Positions 1 through 11,280 of a DNA stretch of 64,000 nucleotides are shown piece after piece. This DNA is from Chiloscyllium plagiosum (Eukaryota): assembly GCF_004010195.1 (NCBI RefSeq), contig NC_057743.1, forward strand, positions 34,801,877 to 34,865,876, given 5' to 3'. The notes beneath the pieces were generated by a model. That model ran no database searches. It was not told where the DNA came from and saw nothing but the letters and a program-made list of their open reading frames with translations. How positions within the stretch are numbered: the first letter of the stretch is position 1; each line of letters opens with the position of its first letter. The translations under genes were made by a program, and so were the position numbers.

Positions 1-984
1 GGTTTTGTGTCTATCACACAGTGGGTGCCACACCACAAGAGTGTCATGCATTTTCATTTTACGGATTTTAAATATAATCCAGTCATTTCCTGCAGGCTGC
101 TTCATTTTGAAACCTTGGACAGGGGCCAAGAATTTTCAAACCTGCAGCTGCTACCAACCTGGAGAAGGACCAGGCTGACCTCAAGATGCGCCTGATCAGA
201 ACACTACGAGGTTGTGTGATCTTAAAAGGAGATGTAGCCTAACCTCAGTCAGACAAAGGAGCATGACGCATGTTACAAAGAGCAATGCCAAAGGGGATGT
301 GTTAGTGGCACACACGAATTGTCAACAGAGGCAGCACTTTCAGTAAATCGAGTCACCCAGGTGACTGTCACTGTGATGTTTGTCAGGTTTGAGGCTTAAA
401 TGTACTGGGAAATGCATTAATAACGTGGTAGTCTAATTCCAATAAGAACTGGCGACTAATACCAGATGCTCCTTCCCCAATCACCTTTACCCACTCCTCA
501 ACTTGACCAGCCACTTCCCACCCAGGTTAACCAGAGCTTCACACCAGCCCGTAATGAGCATTAACAGACCAAACAAAATGCCGCTCAGCAACACCCAAAC
601 TAAGCCATGCGCTTTGGGAACAGCTATGCTGTTTGAGTGAGTCACGTTCCCCCAAGGCATCTAAAGCAGCTCGGCTACCCATTTAATCCTCTGCCATGGT
701 GTGTGATTACTGCCAGGGTAATTAGCTGCTCACTCTGTCACAACATTCAGAATGCATCCAGCACCGACTTTACAGCATCAAAATCCCAGTTCTGTATTCC
801 TTAAACCAAATCTGTTGAAGGGTGTAAATAGGAACATCTGGTGCATCACATTAAAAGAAGCTTGCCCTTTGTGTCAAGGAGATCAGTGCAGCTTACAGAC
901 ACCAAGATGCTTCCTCCCCCGCTTCTTTGCGCCACACGCTGTAGGTTGCTTTATATCACAGCATCCCAGTTCTAAGCAGAAAGC

Positions 985-1284
985 GTTCTCCCCGTGTCTG
1001 CATGTCTCCCCTCCGGGTGCTCTGGCTTCCTTCCACAGTTCAAAAACATGCAGGCGAGGTGGATTAGCCATGGGAAAATACCCATAGGGTCCAGGGACAT
1101 GCAGACGAGGTGGAATAATCATGGGAAATTGCCTGTAGTGTATAGAGATATATAGGCTAGGTGGATTAGCCACAGGAGATGCAGGGTTACAGGGGTAGGC
1201 TGGGTCTAGGTGGGATGCTCTTCGGAGGGTCAGTGCAGACTCGATGGACCGAACGGCCACTTTCCACAATGAGCCTATGATTCT
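985..1284 (+). mobile_element. HE1-type shark SINE, 5' truncated
   Basis: Body ttctccccgtgtctgc...ccgggtgctctggcttccttccacag and 3' end ctcttcggagggtcagtgcagactcgatgg...ctatgattcta, shared with other copies in the window. Confidence 0.8.
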
Positions 1285-1299
1285 ATCCTGCGATTTAGG

Positions 1300-2000
1300 G
1301 TACAGCAGCCGGCCAGTGTTTCCGAGCGGCCCGTGCTTGCAATGACACCCCTCCTTCAGTTGTGTGAATAGAGAATACTCTGGAGAGTTTCTGACAGTTT
1401 CAAGCTCTGCATCACCTCCCTACCCCTCCTTTATCGGTTGCCTGCGTCAGCTTTTATCAAGTTGCTAATTTAACGCAAAAGGGGATTGCTTAGTAAGGCC
1501 GGGCGAGAGCTCAGAATACACACCAACTCTCTCTCCTTGCTCCGAGGGGGGTTGCAGGGAGAAGGACAGAGAGAAACAGCTGCAGTCGAAAAAGCCTTTT
1601 TTTTTCACCACAGCATCCGCTCGATGGGGAAAAAAAACAGGGTGGATTACATTTGTAGATAATAAAATTAGATAATCTAAAAGCCAAAATCGACAGAGTG
1701 TCATTTGCATCTAGTTACTCTGCACTCCCACCGTCTGCTTCTGTTCAAACTTCGCTCACTTGGTATCTTGCCAACAGACTGTTAAATAAACTCTCCGTTA
1801 ATCCACAAGCGTCACCTGAATGAGTCACTTGGACCGCCTAGAGCTACAGGTTCAGTTTGAACTCTGTACACACGCAACAAAAAAAAGGCCAGCCACAAAG
1901 ATTTCCCCCACCCCACACCACACACTATGTGCCTCTTCCCTTTTATCCTTCAGTCTCAGAGCGCCGCCGCTTAAAAGGGCAATGACATTCTTAAAACGGC
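1300..2000. promoter_or_regulatory. CpG-enriched unique region, candidate enhancer or promoter-proximal region
   Basis: Visibly more CpG than the flanks. K50 homeodomain motifs GGATTA (~1644), TAATCT (~1673) and TTAATCC (~1798); CTAATT (~1465); TGAGTCA (~1821). Confidence 0.4.
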
Positions 2001-2249
2001 AACATCTACAGCCTTACCTGCACCTTCCATTTAAAAAAGTGCGGTGTCTGAGTTCACCTGTTAACTCTCCCCTCCTCACCCCAAACAAACACCTCTCCCT
2101 GACATACCAACACCTTCCCCCTCAGCAGCCAGGTCCTGACTTGGGTCGAAAACCTAGTTTGAATTCCACTATTTAAATTTTTTTTAAAAAAGCACACAAG
2201 CAGAACTCCAGCTTAATAGTGATCCCCAGGAATGCCCAAATACAGAGAG

Positions 2250-2375
2250 AAACCAAAAACCGAAAGAACTGCGGATGCTCTAAAATCAGAAACAAAAATA
2301 GAAACTGCTGGAAAAACTCAGCATCACAGGTGCTGCCAGACCTGCTGAACTTTTGCAGCAATTTCTACTTTTGTC
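2250..2375. mobile_element. Short fold-back fragment of a Penelope-like terminal repeat (family C)
   Basis: aaagaactgcggatgct...ctggaaaaactcagca followed by its inverse tgctgccagacctgctgaac; the same motifs occur at 30538-30815, 42345-42467 and 62115-62235. Confidence 0.6.
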
Positions 2376-3374
2376 ACAGAGAGAAACCAATTCGCAGAGA
2401 TAACAACTTCACCCAATGTACCCTTCGACAATCTGAGCCGCTGTATAACGTGGAAAAGAAACAGTTGCGAGCACCCCAATTGGCAGCACTTTAAAACTAA
2501 CAGGGTCAAAAATCAACTAACTGATCATGGCCACTGAGCAAAAGCAGGTCCTTAACATTGCTAAATGGAAATATACAACAGTAGGTTTACATTCAGGAGA
2601 GGGCTTCAGAGACATTTTAACATTACACAGAATGTATCCAACACATATTGATTTTAAATATGGTCCCTTTAACACCAAGGTGTGGTACACAAGAAGCTGG
2701 TCAGCTGGTGATTGTAATTCCCATGGTACCAAGTCTGTGTGTACTTACTCTGTCTATGCTGCTTGGAAGTGCTTCAAGAATAAGTGCTTACATCACACAC
2801 ACATATGAGAAGAGAGAGGAACCATGTGTGGGCTGCTGATCACGTGTCTTTAAAGGAAAAGCATACTGGGTTTCAGGCCTAGCAAAGGAAAAAGATGTAC
2901 TTTCCACTTGGTGACTAATAGGGAACATACAGACAGCATAGGGTGTGTTGAAACAATCGATAATAATCAGAGGAAACAAGACACTAATCACGTCCCCTTT
3001 AAAGACACAATACCTAATGCTCCAACTTGGCTAATGTGAAAAGACTGTAACACATCTGGTGAACATAAGTTATTGAAATGATCTCATTTCTCCCCCCACC
3101 CCTTGCCCCAGTTTAGTTTTTAAAACATTTTTCCATGTTTGACTTAGCCAGGGACAGAGCGACCACTGTGCTACCATATTACCTAGCGCAGTGACTGGCC
3201 AAAGTTTGAAACATACGCTATGCTTAAATCCAAGCTGCACTCGGACAAGAACAAACATTAGCGAGGTGGGGCTAAAATAAATCACAAGGAACATAATTTT
3301 GTAAAACAGGAGACAAAACATATTAGGAAAAGTTCCATTCTTGCAAGAACACCTTGTGCAAGAAAACAAAAATT

Positions 3375-3520
3375 CTCCCATTTATAGGATGCCATTTTCC
3401 ACCGCAGGACATCATAAAGCATTCTAAAATCAATGAAATACTTTTTGAAGAGACGTCACTTTTGTACTATAGAAAATGCAGCAGGTAATTTCTTCACACC
3501 AAACTCTCACTAACAGCAAA
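3375..3520 (-). mobile_element. Deu-domain SINE (SacSINE1/AmnSINE-like) 3' fragment
   Basis: caatgaaatactttttgaagagacgtcacttttgtactatagaaaatgcagcag matches the recalled reverse complement of the DeuSINE 3' region. Confidence 0.55.
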
Positions 3521-3555
3521 AAGGCAGTGTCCAGAGCTTTTTTATCTCTCCACCT

Positions 3556-3640
3556 TGGAGGCTTCCTGCCTCTATTCCTGATGAAGGGCTTTTGCCCAAA
3601 ACGTCGATTTTCCTGCTCCTCGGATGCTGCCTGACCTGCC
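3556..3640 (+). mobile_element. Penelope-like terminal-repeat fragment (family A) with hammerhead core
   Basis: tattcCTGATGAagggcttttgcccAAAAcgtcgattttcctgctcctcggatgctgcctgacctg; the GAAA is mutated to AAAA. Confidence 0.75.
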
Positions 3641-4094
3641 AAAGAGTGCAGAGTGGGGGCCTTATCTGGAAGATGCCCACATCTGGTACTGGAGCAGCCT
3701 CTCAGTATTCCTCTTCACACATCCAGAGGCATGTGGATGCAGACAAGGCAAACTGCTTACATCTGTTTTCATTGATAGACTTTCTTTTCCTGAAACAATT
3801 CACCAGACGATCGTTTGCGAGCTGGCACTAATGCATGACGAGCATGACATATTGACCCACATCCACAAATGCATATTGGAAGGATTTACAAATTGCTAAT
3901 TAAAACATTGGCCATGTTACAAAGGCACCTTCTTTGGCCATCAAATCCTGGAGAAGGACTTAAACTTGACTCAGAGGAAGGGACACCACTCATTGTTCCA
4001 TAGAACAATCTCCTCCCCCAACCTCAAGTATCCAGCCTGAATCTTATGCTTGAGGCAGGACCCAGGAACCTGTAATTCTTTAATTCAGAGGCAG

Positions 4095-5500
4095 GATAAA
4101 TCTGTTAGAATTCTTTGAGGAGATATCGAGCAAGTTAGACAAAGGAGAGTCAGTGGATGTGATCTATTTGGACTTCCAGAAGACCTCTTTTCAAGGTACC
4201 ACACAGGAGGCTGCTAAAGTCAAATAGGGCTCATGGTGTTTGGGGCAAGGTACTGGCATGGGCAGAGGTTTGTCTGACTGGCAAAAGGCACACAGTAGGG
4301 GTAAAGGTACCTTTTTCAGAATGGCAACCTGTGACGAGTGGAGTTCTGCACGGGTCCATGTTGGGACCATAACTATTCAGGTTATACATTATTGAACTGG
4401 ACAAAGGAACTGAAGACATTGTGGCTAAGTTTGCAGATGGCACAAAGATAGGTGGAGGAACAGGTAGTGTTAAGGAAGTGGAGAGGCTGTAGAAGGACAT
4501 GGACAGGAGAGAGGGCTAGGAGAGAGGGCAAAGAAGTGGCAGTTGGAATACAATGTGGCAAAATGTGAAGTTATGCACTTTAGTAGGAAGAATAGAGGAG
4601 TAGACTATTTTTAAAATGGGGATAGACTTCAGAAATCTGAAGCATAAAGGCACATAGGAGTCCTAGTTCAGAATTTTCGTAAGGTTAACATGCTGGTTCA
4701 GTTGGTGATGAAGGGCTTTTGCCCGAAACGTCGATTTTCCTGCTCCTCGGATGCTGCCTGACCTGCTGTGCTTTTCCAGCACCACTCTAATCTTGATTCT
4801 GGTTTCCAGCATCTACAGTCCTTGTTTTTACCATGCTGGTTCAGTTGGCAGTTAGGAAGGCAAATGCAATGTTAGCATTCATTTCAAGCAGGTTAGAATA
4901 CAAGAGCAGGGATGTACTGCTGAGGCTGTATAAGACTCTAGTCAAACTGCCTTTGGAATATTGTGAGAGTTTTGGGTCCCATATCTAAGGATGGATGTGC
5001 TGGCATTGGAGGGTGTCCGGAAGAGGTTTACAAGAATGATCCTGGGGGATGAAGTGCTTATCATATGAAGAACAGTGAAGGACTCTGGGCCTGTACTCAA
5101 TGGAAGAATGAGGGGGAGGTCTGATTGAAATTTACAGAATACTGAGCGGTCTGCATAGAGCAGGCATGGAGAAGATGTTTCCACTAGGAGGACAGACTCG
5201 GATCTAAGGGCACGGCCTCAGAGTGAAGGGGCAACCCTTTCGAACTGAGATGAGGAAGAATTTCTTCAGCCAGAGGGTGGTGACTCTGTGGAACTCTGCC
5301 TAGAAGGCCATGGAGGTCAAATAGTTGAATGTGTTTAAGACAGAGTTGGTAGGTTCTTGGTTAGTAGAAGGATCAAAGGTTACAGGGAGAAGGCAGGAGA
5401 ATGGGATTAAGAAACATATTAGTCGTGATTGAAAAACAGAGCAGATTTGATGGGCTGATTGGCCTAATTCTACTCCTATACCTTGTCGTCTTATAGGACT
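4095..5500 (+). mobile_element. CR1-clade LINE, RT and C-terminal region of ORF2 plus 3' UTR, degenerate
   Basis: Encodes remnants DVIYLDFQK...KVPHRRLL and KFADGTKIGG...; ends with the typical CR1 3' tail ggcctaattctactcctata. Interrupted by a PLE at 4706-4831. Confidence 0.9.
4706..4831 (+). mobile_element. Short Penelope-like insertion (family A) with 17-bp TSD
   Basis: TSD catgctggttcagttgg at 4689-4705 and 4832-4848. The insert begins tgatgaagggcttttgcccgaaacgtcg and ends tttttac. Confidence 0.85.
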
Positions 5501-6194
5501 GCTGCTAGCAAGATACAGTTGAATAGAAAAGCAGGATAATGGTGGGACTTTTTTTTAAACAGTCCAAATAGAACTCCATAATGTTAGAGGATAGCAGTCA
5601 ATATGCATTCCTCTCTTGAATAATTTCTCAGCTAATGTTGAACAATCAAAAGAGGAGGGCAAACATGTTTTATATTAAAACCAGGAAAGTGAAGGGATGC
5701 TAAAGGACAGAAAAGGCAATTGAATGCAGTTAGGGACGGAGACGTTCTATGTATATATTTTACAACTGGAATACCTACACAATTGGAATATCTCCCATGG
5801 GATATCAACCGTAAGCTCCGACCGTTAGTCTGCTCCATCTTAACTAACTCTAGACATCTCAGCTCAGTATCACACCACATGTTGCATTAAGATAATGAAA
5901 CAAAGCCTCACTTCTGTACAATTATTTTTATGTCCTTGCTTACTGAAATATGAACAATATGCAATAAGTGGTTCCTGTTAAGCTCCTGTCATCCAGCTTC
6001 TAAACCTGAATGACATTCATACAAGCATATTCGACATAAATATGAAGCAAGCTCAATTATGTCTCAAAGGCTCATCCTATGGGCAACAGAGAGCAACAGT
6101 CAGAGCCCCAGGATTATAAATTTCAATGATTCCCACTTTTGCCAGGCACAGCTTTTCCACTGGCATGTGGAAGTATTGACTATATGGCAGCTTC

Positions 6195-6575
6195 TGGGTA
6201 ATGATGCTGGACTAGTAATCCAGAGGTCTAAGCTGACTGACTAATGTTTAATTAATTTGAAGGGCACAGGTTCAATCCCACTACAGACTGTGATGGAATC
6301 CAATTTTAAGACTATTAGTAAGATAGTCTCAACGATTGTGGATTGGTGTGAAAAACCAGCTGGTTCATTAATGTTCTTTAGAAAAGGAAATCTACCGACC
6401 TTACCTAGCGTGGCCTAACATGACTCCAGACCCATACAATGTACTTGACCTTAAAAGCCCTCTGAAATGGTCTAAAAAGCCTTCTCAACTGCAAGACACA
6501 CAGTTCAAGGGCAATTATAGACATGCAACAAAATAAAGCCTTGACATAGATATCCGTATACCATGAAAAAAATTA
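6195..6575 (+). mobile_element. tRNA-derived SINE, second family (ggactagtaatccagag / ggcctacatgtgactccagaccc type)
   Basis: Head ggtaatgatgctggactagtaatccagagg...ggttcaatccc and core ccttacctagcgtggcctaacatgactccagaccc; related copies at 22160, 25715, 29112, 39820, 43265 and 49295. Confidence 0.65.
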
Positions 6576-7002
6576 TCCTTCTCCATGAATCCTCAAACTT
6601 TTATGTACGTTCATTTTAAAAGGCAAGGATATGATAAAAATCTTACTTCCAACAACTTAGTTCCAGTTCTCTTTCTTGAAACAGAAATGTCCTTTAGAAA
6701 GCCTACATATTAGTCTAAGAGTGAAACATGGCATTGAACTATGGCATCTGACCCAGCTGACTGAAATTACCATCTGTTTGTGTTGTAGTCCAACCTCACT
6801 TTGACCTAGATGTTGATGGGGTCCAAGATTCACACCAATGGCAGCATTAGACAATACTTCATTACAAGTTGCTACCAGCTTTCCTCACCTCAGCTTTGTA
6901 AATGAAACACAAATCTTTAAATGACTGTGGAGGTGGGGTCAAAGGCAGACTTAGAACTTCTTAAAGGACTATTTCTCCCGCTAGGCAAATACATCATACT
7001 TA

Positions 7003-7686
7003 GAGTCATAGACTCACAGAGATGTACAGCATGGAAACGATTCTTTGGTCCAACCCGTCCATGCTGACCAGATATCCCAACCAATCTAGTCCCACTTGCC
7101 AGCACCTGGCCCATACCTCTCCAAACACTTCCTACTTATATACCCATCCAGATGCCTTTTAAATGTTGCAACTAGTATCGACCACTTCCTCTGGCAGATC
7201 ATTCCATACGTGTACCACCCTCTGCGTGAAAAAGTTGCCCCTTAGGTCTTGTTTACGTCTTTCCCCTCTCACCCTAAACTCTTCTCTCTAGTTCTGGACT
7301 CCCCCACCCCAGGGAAAAGACTTTGTCTATTTATCCTATCCATGACCCTCATGATTTTATAAACCTCTATAAGGGTCCCCCTCAGCCTCCAACACTCCAG
7401 GAAAACAGCCCCAGCCTATTCAATCTCTCCCTATAGCTCAAATTCTCCAACCCTGGCAACATCCTTGTAGATCTTTTCTGAACCCTTTTAGGTTTCACAA
7501 CATCCTCCCAATGACCTCCCAACTCCTGTATTCAATATTCTGACTAATAAAGGAAAGCATACCAAACGCCTTCTTCACTATCCTATCTACCTGCGACTCC
7601 ACTTTCAAGGAGCTATGAACCTGCACTCCAAGGTCTCTTTGTTCAGCAACACTCCCTAGGACCTTACCATTAAGTGTATAAGCCCA
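7003..7686 (-). mobile_element. CR1/HER1 LINE 3' fragment
   Basis: The reverse strand encodes the ORF2 C-terminus (RGNFFTQRVVRVWN...) and a 3' UTR ending ctatgactcta. Confidence 0.9.
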
Positions 7687-9195
7687 GCTTGCTGAGGAAT
7701 TTACATAAAATTTTATTTTAAATGTTGATGGATATTCTATTCTTTATACTTTATTCTTACCCATTCCAAGATATTCCAGAATAGTTAAAATCCAACCTGG
7801 ATTATATTGGAATTGATATTCCACCTTTTAATAGCTTCTACACAGCCATACTGTTGATCATAATGTGTAGTTTGTAATTTGTTAATAAAATTGTTAAATT
7901 GATAAATCATTTCATTTAGGTTTTTCTGATACAACTGCAAAGAACTCTACTCTTCATATAATCCTTAAGCAAGGAAATATACATTCAGGCAAGAGGAATT
8001 CTAGACCCTTAACATATCTGGGACATTTATGCTGTTGATAAAGCTTATAATTAAGAGGTATGCAGCAAGGTAACATTCTCGGGCAATTTACTCACCTGTG
8101 GGATGGTTATATAAATCCTACAGAGCCAAGTGTAAGCATTTGTGGAATTCACAAACTTGAACTCAGAGTTGAGACGTTACCAGAGAAATACTTTTGATGT
8201 AACTTAGTTCTAAATAAGAGTTAGAATCTATAAATCCCTTCAGAATGGTTTGCAATTACTTACCACTTGTGCCAATGCTAGTTTTCGGTTAAGTGCCACC
8301 ACTAAGCTATGTTGGAACTTGCCAGCTTGCGGGAAGAGGTGAGAAACTATCTGCCAACAAGTGCTGGTACAGGTATCATTAGGGACCTATTAAGACCAAA
8401 GCCAACTGGAAGTGTCTCCAGGATGGAAGAATCTACAGGGAGTGGATTGAGAAACCCACACATATTTGACATCCTAACGTCACCCATTCTCCTGCCAAAT
8501 ACCCCCATTTCATGCCCACAGTTATGAGATGGCCACACCTCTATCCTTCCATTGTATGAATTATAGAGTTATAGTCAGTTTTAGTCTAAGATTTTCAAGT
8601 AGTCCTTATGATGCATCTCAAGATAGAGATACCCTTTCTCTCTCCTCAGTACATTGACAGCTCCCAACCCTCTCTGTTTGTCTGAGAGGGTTGCATGGCT
8701 TTTTATTGACTCTGTAGCCTCAGAACCCACTTAATTGGAATAGTGACCATGAACCCTGGCCATTAAATAACACACACATAAAAATACTTGGGTGTCAAGA
8801 GTCAAGATGATACACTGGGGGACTGAGGAATGTTGCTGAAATCAGGGTCCCAACCTCAGGAAAAATACCCCCCCAAATTGTTTCTTAAATTACTATTCAC
8901 TTCTACCCATCCAGAGAGCTACGTTACCCCAGAGTAATATTTTTTCTTTTTGTAATCTGACCTGAAATACCACTGGAAGGGTGAATAGGATTCCCATGTC
9001 AATTCTGCTCTGACATTTCCAACTGATTTGCTAATACTTTCTTCACGGTTAAGTAGTTGCCCTTCACTAACTAGTACCTGTCAGCTGTCCAGCCCAGCCA
9101 GGAACATCACCACGTCAGCACAAATCAATAACTCGCCCAGCATGAAATAAGGTTTTGGTATGTACCAGCCAATGCCTAATCAATAAGATCCACAA

Positions 9196-9702
9196 AAGTC
9201 ATACGACATGGAAACAAACCCTTTGGTCCAACCATTCTGTGCCGACCATAATCCCAAACTAAACCAGTTCCATTTGCCTGCATTTGGCCCATATTCCTTC
9301 AAACCTTTCCTATTCATGTCTTATAAACATTGTAACTGTACCCGCATCCATCACTTCCCCTGGAAGTTCATTCCACACACGAAGGACTCTCTGTGTGAAA
9401 CAAAAACATTTCTCCCCATGTCTTTTTAAAATATTTCTCCTTTCATCATAAAAATATGTCCCCTAGTCTTGAAATTCCTCACCCTAGGGAAAGGACACTT
9501 GCCATTCACTTTTTCTATACCCCTCATGGCTTTATTAAACTCTACAAGGTCACCCCTCAACCTCCTACACCCTAGTGAAAAAAGTCCTGGCCTATCCAGC
9601 CTCTCCTTCCAACTCAAACCCTCCGGTCCCAGAAATATCCTGGTAAATCTTTTCTGAACCCATGCCAGCTTAATAGTATCCTTCCTATGACAGGGAGACC
9701 AG
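9196..9702 (-). mobile_element. CR1 LINE 3' fragment
   Basis: ORF 9426-9617 LDRPGLFSLGCRRLRGDLVEFNKAMRG...KTRGH is the CR1 ORF2 C-terminal motif. Confidence 0.9.
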
Positions 9703-9777
9703 ATTATTTGTGTCGAAAGGCCACTTCCTAGAAGAATCCATTCCCTAACTGCTCCAACTAGTGATGGTTACATTTTG

Positions 9778-10050
9778 GCAAAAGTGAGGACTGCAGATGC
9801 TGGAGATCAGAGTCTATATTAGAGTGGTGCTGGAAAAGCACAGCAGGTCAGGCGGCATCCGAGGAGCAGGAAAATTGACGTTTCAGGCAAAAGCCCTTCA
9901 TCAGGAATAGAGTCAGGAAGACTCCAGGGTGGAGGAGAGGTGGGAAGGGAGATTGACAGGTGGGACAGGTCATGAGGACAGTGCTGAGCTGAAAGATTGG
10001 AACTGAGGTAAGGTGGGGGGAGGGGAAATGAGGAAACCAGCAAAGTCCAT
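9778..10050 (-). mobile_element. Penelope-like terminal repeat (family A) with hammerhead core
   Basis: Minus strand reads ctattcCTGATGAagggcttttgcctGAAAcgtc, followed by tcctgctcctcggatgc...cctcactttt. Confidence 0.8.
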
Positions 10051-10195
10051 ATTGTGTTCCTGATCTTTATTGTACCAGTCAATGGGAGCAGACAGGCAGG
10101 TGCCCAAAGCAGCTAGAAGGCCAAATGATATATTGGCCGTCATTGCATGAGAATTTGAGTTCAGAAGTAGTGATGTCTTACTGCAGTTCTATAGG

Positions 10196-10412
10196 TGAAA
10201 ATGTGTTGCTGGAAAAGCGCAGCAGGTCAGGCAGCATCCAAGGAACAGGAGAATCGACGTTTCGGGCATAAGCCCTTCTTCAGGAATCCTGAAGAAGGGC
10301 TTATGCCCGAAACGTCGATTCTCCTGTTCCTTGGATGCTGCCTGACCTGCTGCGCTTTTCCAGCAACACATTTTCAGCTCTGATCTCCAGCATCTGCAGT
10401 CCTCACTTTCTT
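10196..10412. mobile_element. Penelope-like fold-back element: perfect 90-bp inverted repeat with 15-bp TSD
   Basis: Arms 10196-10285 and 10287-10376 are reverse complements around a 1-nt loop. TSD ctgcagttctatagg at 10181-10195 and 10413-10427. Confidence 0.9.
10284..10321 (+). ncRNA. Minimal type I hammerhead ribozyme motif (PLE-associated)
   Basis: GAAUC-CUGAAGA-A-GGGC(UUAU)GCCC-GAAA-CGUC-GAUUC: conserved core, 4-bp stem II, palindromic ACGU stem III, GUC cleavage triplet and 5-bp stem I. Confidence 0.7.
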
Positions 10413-10710
10413 CTGCAGTTCTATAGGGCCTTGGTGTGACCACAGCTGGGATGTTGTGCACTGTTTTGGTCTCCCTACCTAAGGGAGAATGTACTTGCCA
10501 TAGAAGGAATGCAGCAGCAGTTCACTCGAGGCTCATACCAGGGATGACAAGACTATCCCATGAGAAAAGATTGGTTCCGCTTGACCTATATTCACCAGAG
10601 TTGGGAAGGATCAGAGGGAATGTGATTGAAATGTATAAAATTCTTACAGGGCTGGACAGACTAGATGCAAGGATGATGTTCCCTGTTTTGGGAATCTAGC
10701 ATCAGGGGTC

Positions 10711-11280
10711 AGAGTGATAGAGTTATTGAGTTGTACAGCATAGTAACAGACCCATCTGTCCAACTGATCGGATATCCTAAATTAATCCAGTCCCATTTGC
10801 CAGCATTTGGCCCATATCCTTCTAAACCCTTCTTATTCATATACCCATCCAGATGCCTTTGAAATGTTGCAATTGTACCAGCCTCCACCACTTCCTCTGG
10901 CAGCTCATTCCATACACACACCGCACTGCATGAACAAGTTGCCCCTCAGGTCCATTTTAAATCTTTCCCCTCTCACTTTAAGCCTTATAATATTTGAACC
11001 CCACACCCTGGGGAAAATACCTTGTCTATTTACCCTATTCACACCTCTCATGATTTTATAAATCTCTATAATGGTCACCCCTCTGCATCTGATGCTCCAG
11101 GGAAATCAGCCCCAGCCTATTCAGCCTCTACCGATAGCACAAACCCTCCAATCCTGGCAACCACCTCGTAAATCTTTTCTGCACCCTCTTAAGTTTAACA
11201 ACATCTTTCTTATAGCAGGGAGACCAGATCTGAACACAGTATTTTAAGTGTGGCCTCACCAATGTCCTTTATAGCTGCAA
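10711..11280 (-). mobile_element. CR1/HER1 LINE 3' fragment
   Basis: ORF 10709-10921 VWNELPEEVVEAGTIATFQRHLDGYMNKKGLEGYGP. Confidence 0.9.

Larger units (their letters stand above)
10095..10710 (+). mobile_element. CR1 LINE fragment (continues at ~11385-11640), host of two younger insertions
   Basis: ORF 10436-10699 RLIPGMTRLSHEKRL...RIRGNVIEMYKILTGLDRLDARMMFP. Confidence 0.85.

Noticed and set aside
10189-10461. Mirror-image ORFs (MCCWKSAAGQ...) on both strands
   Set aside because: A direct consequence of the DNA palindrome, not coding.
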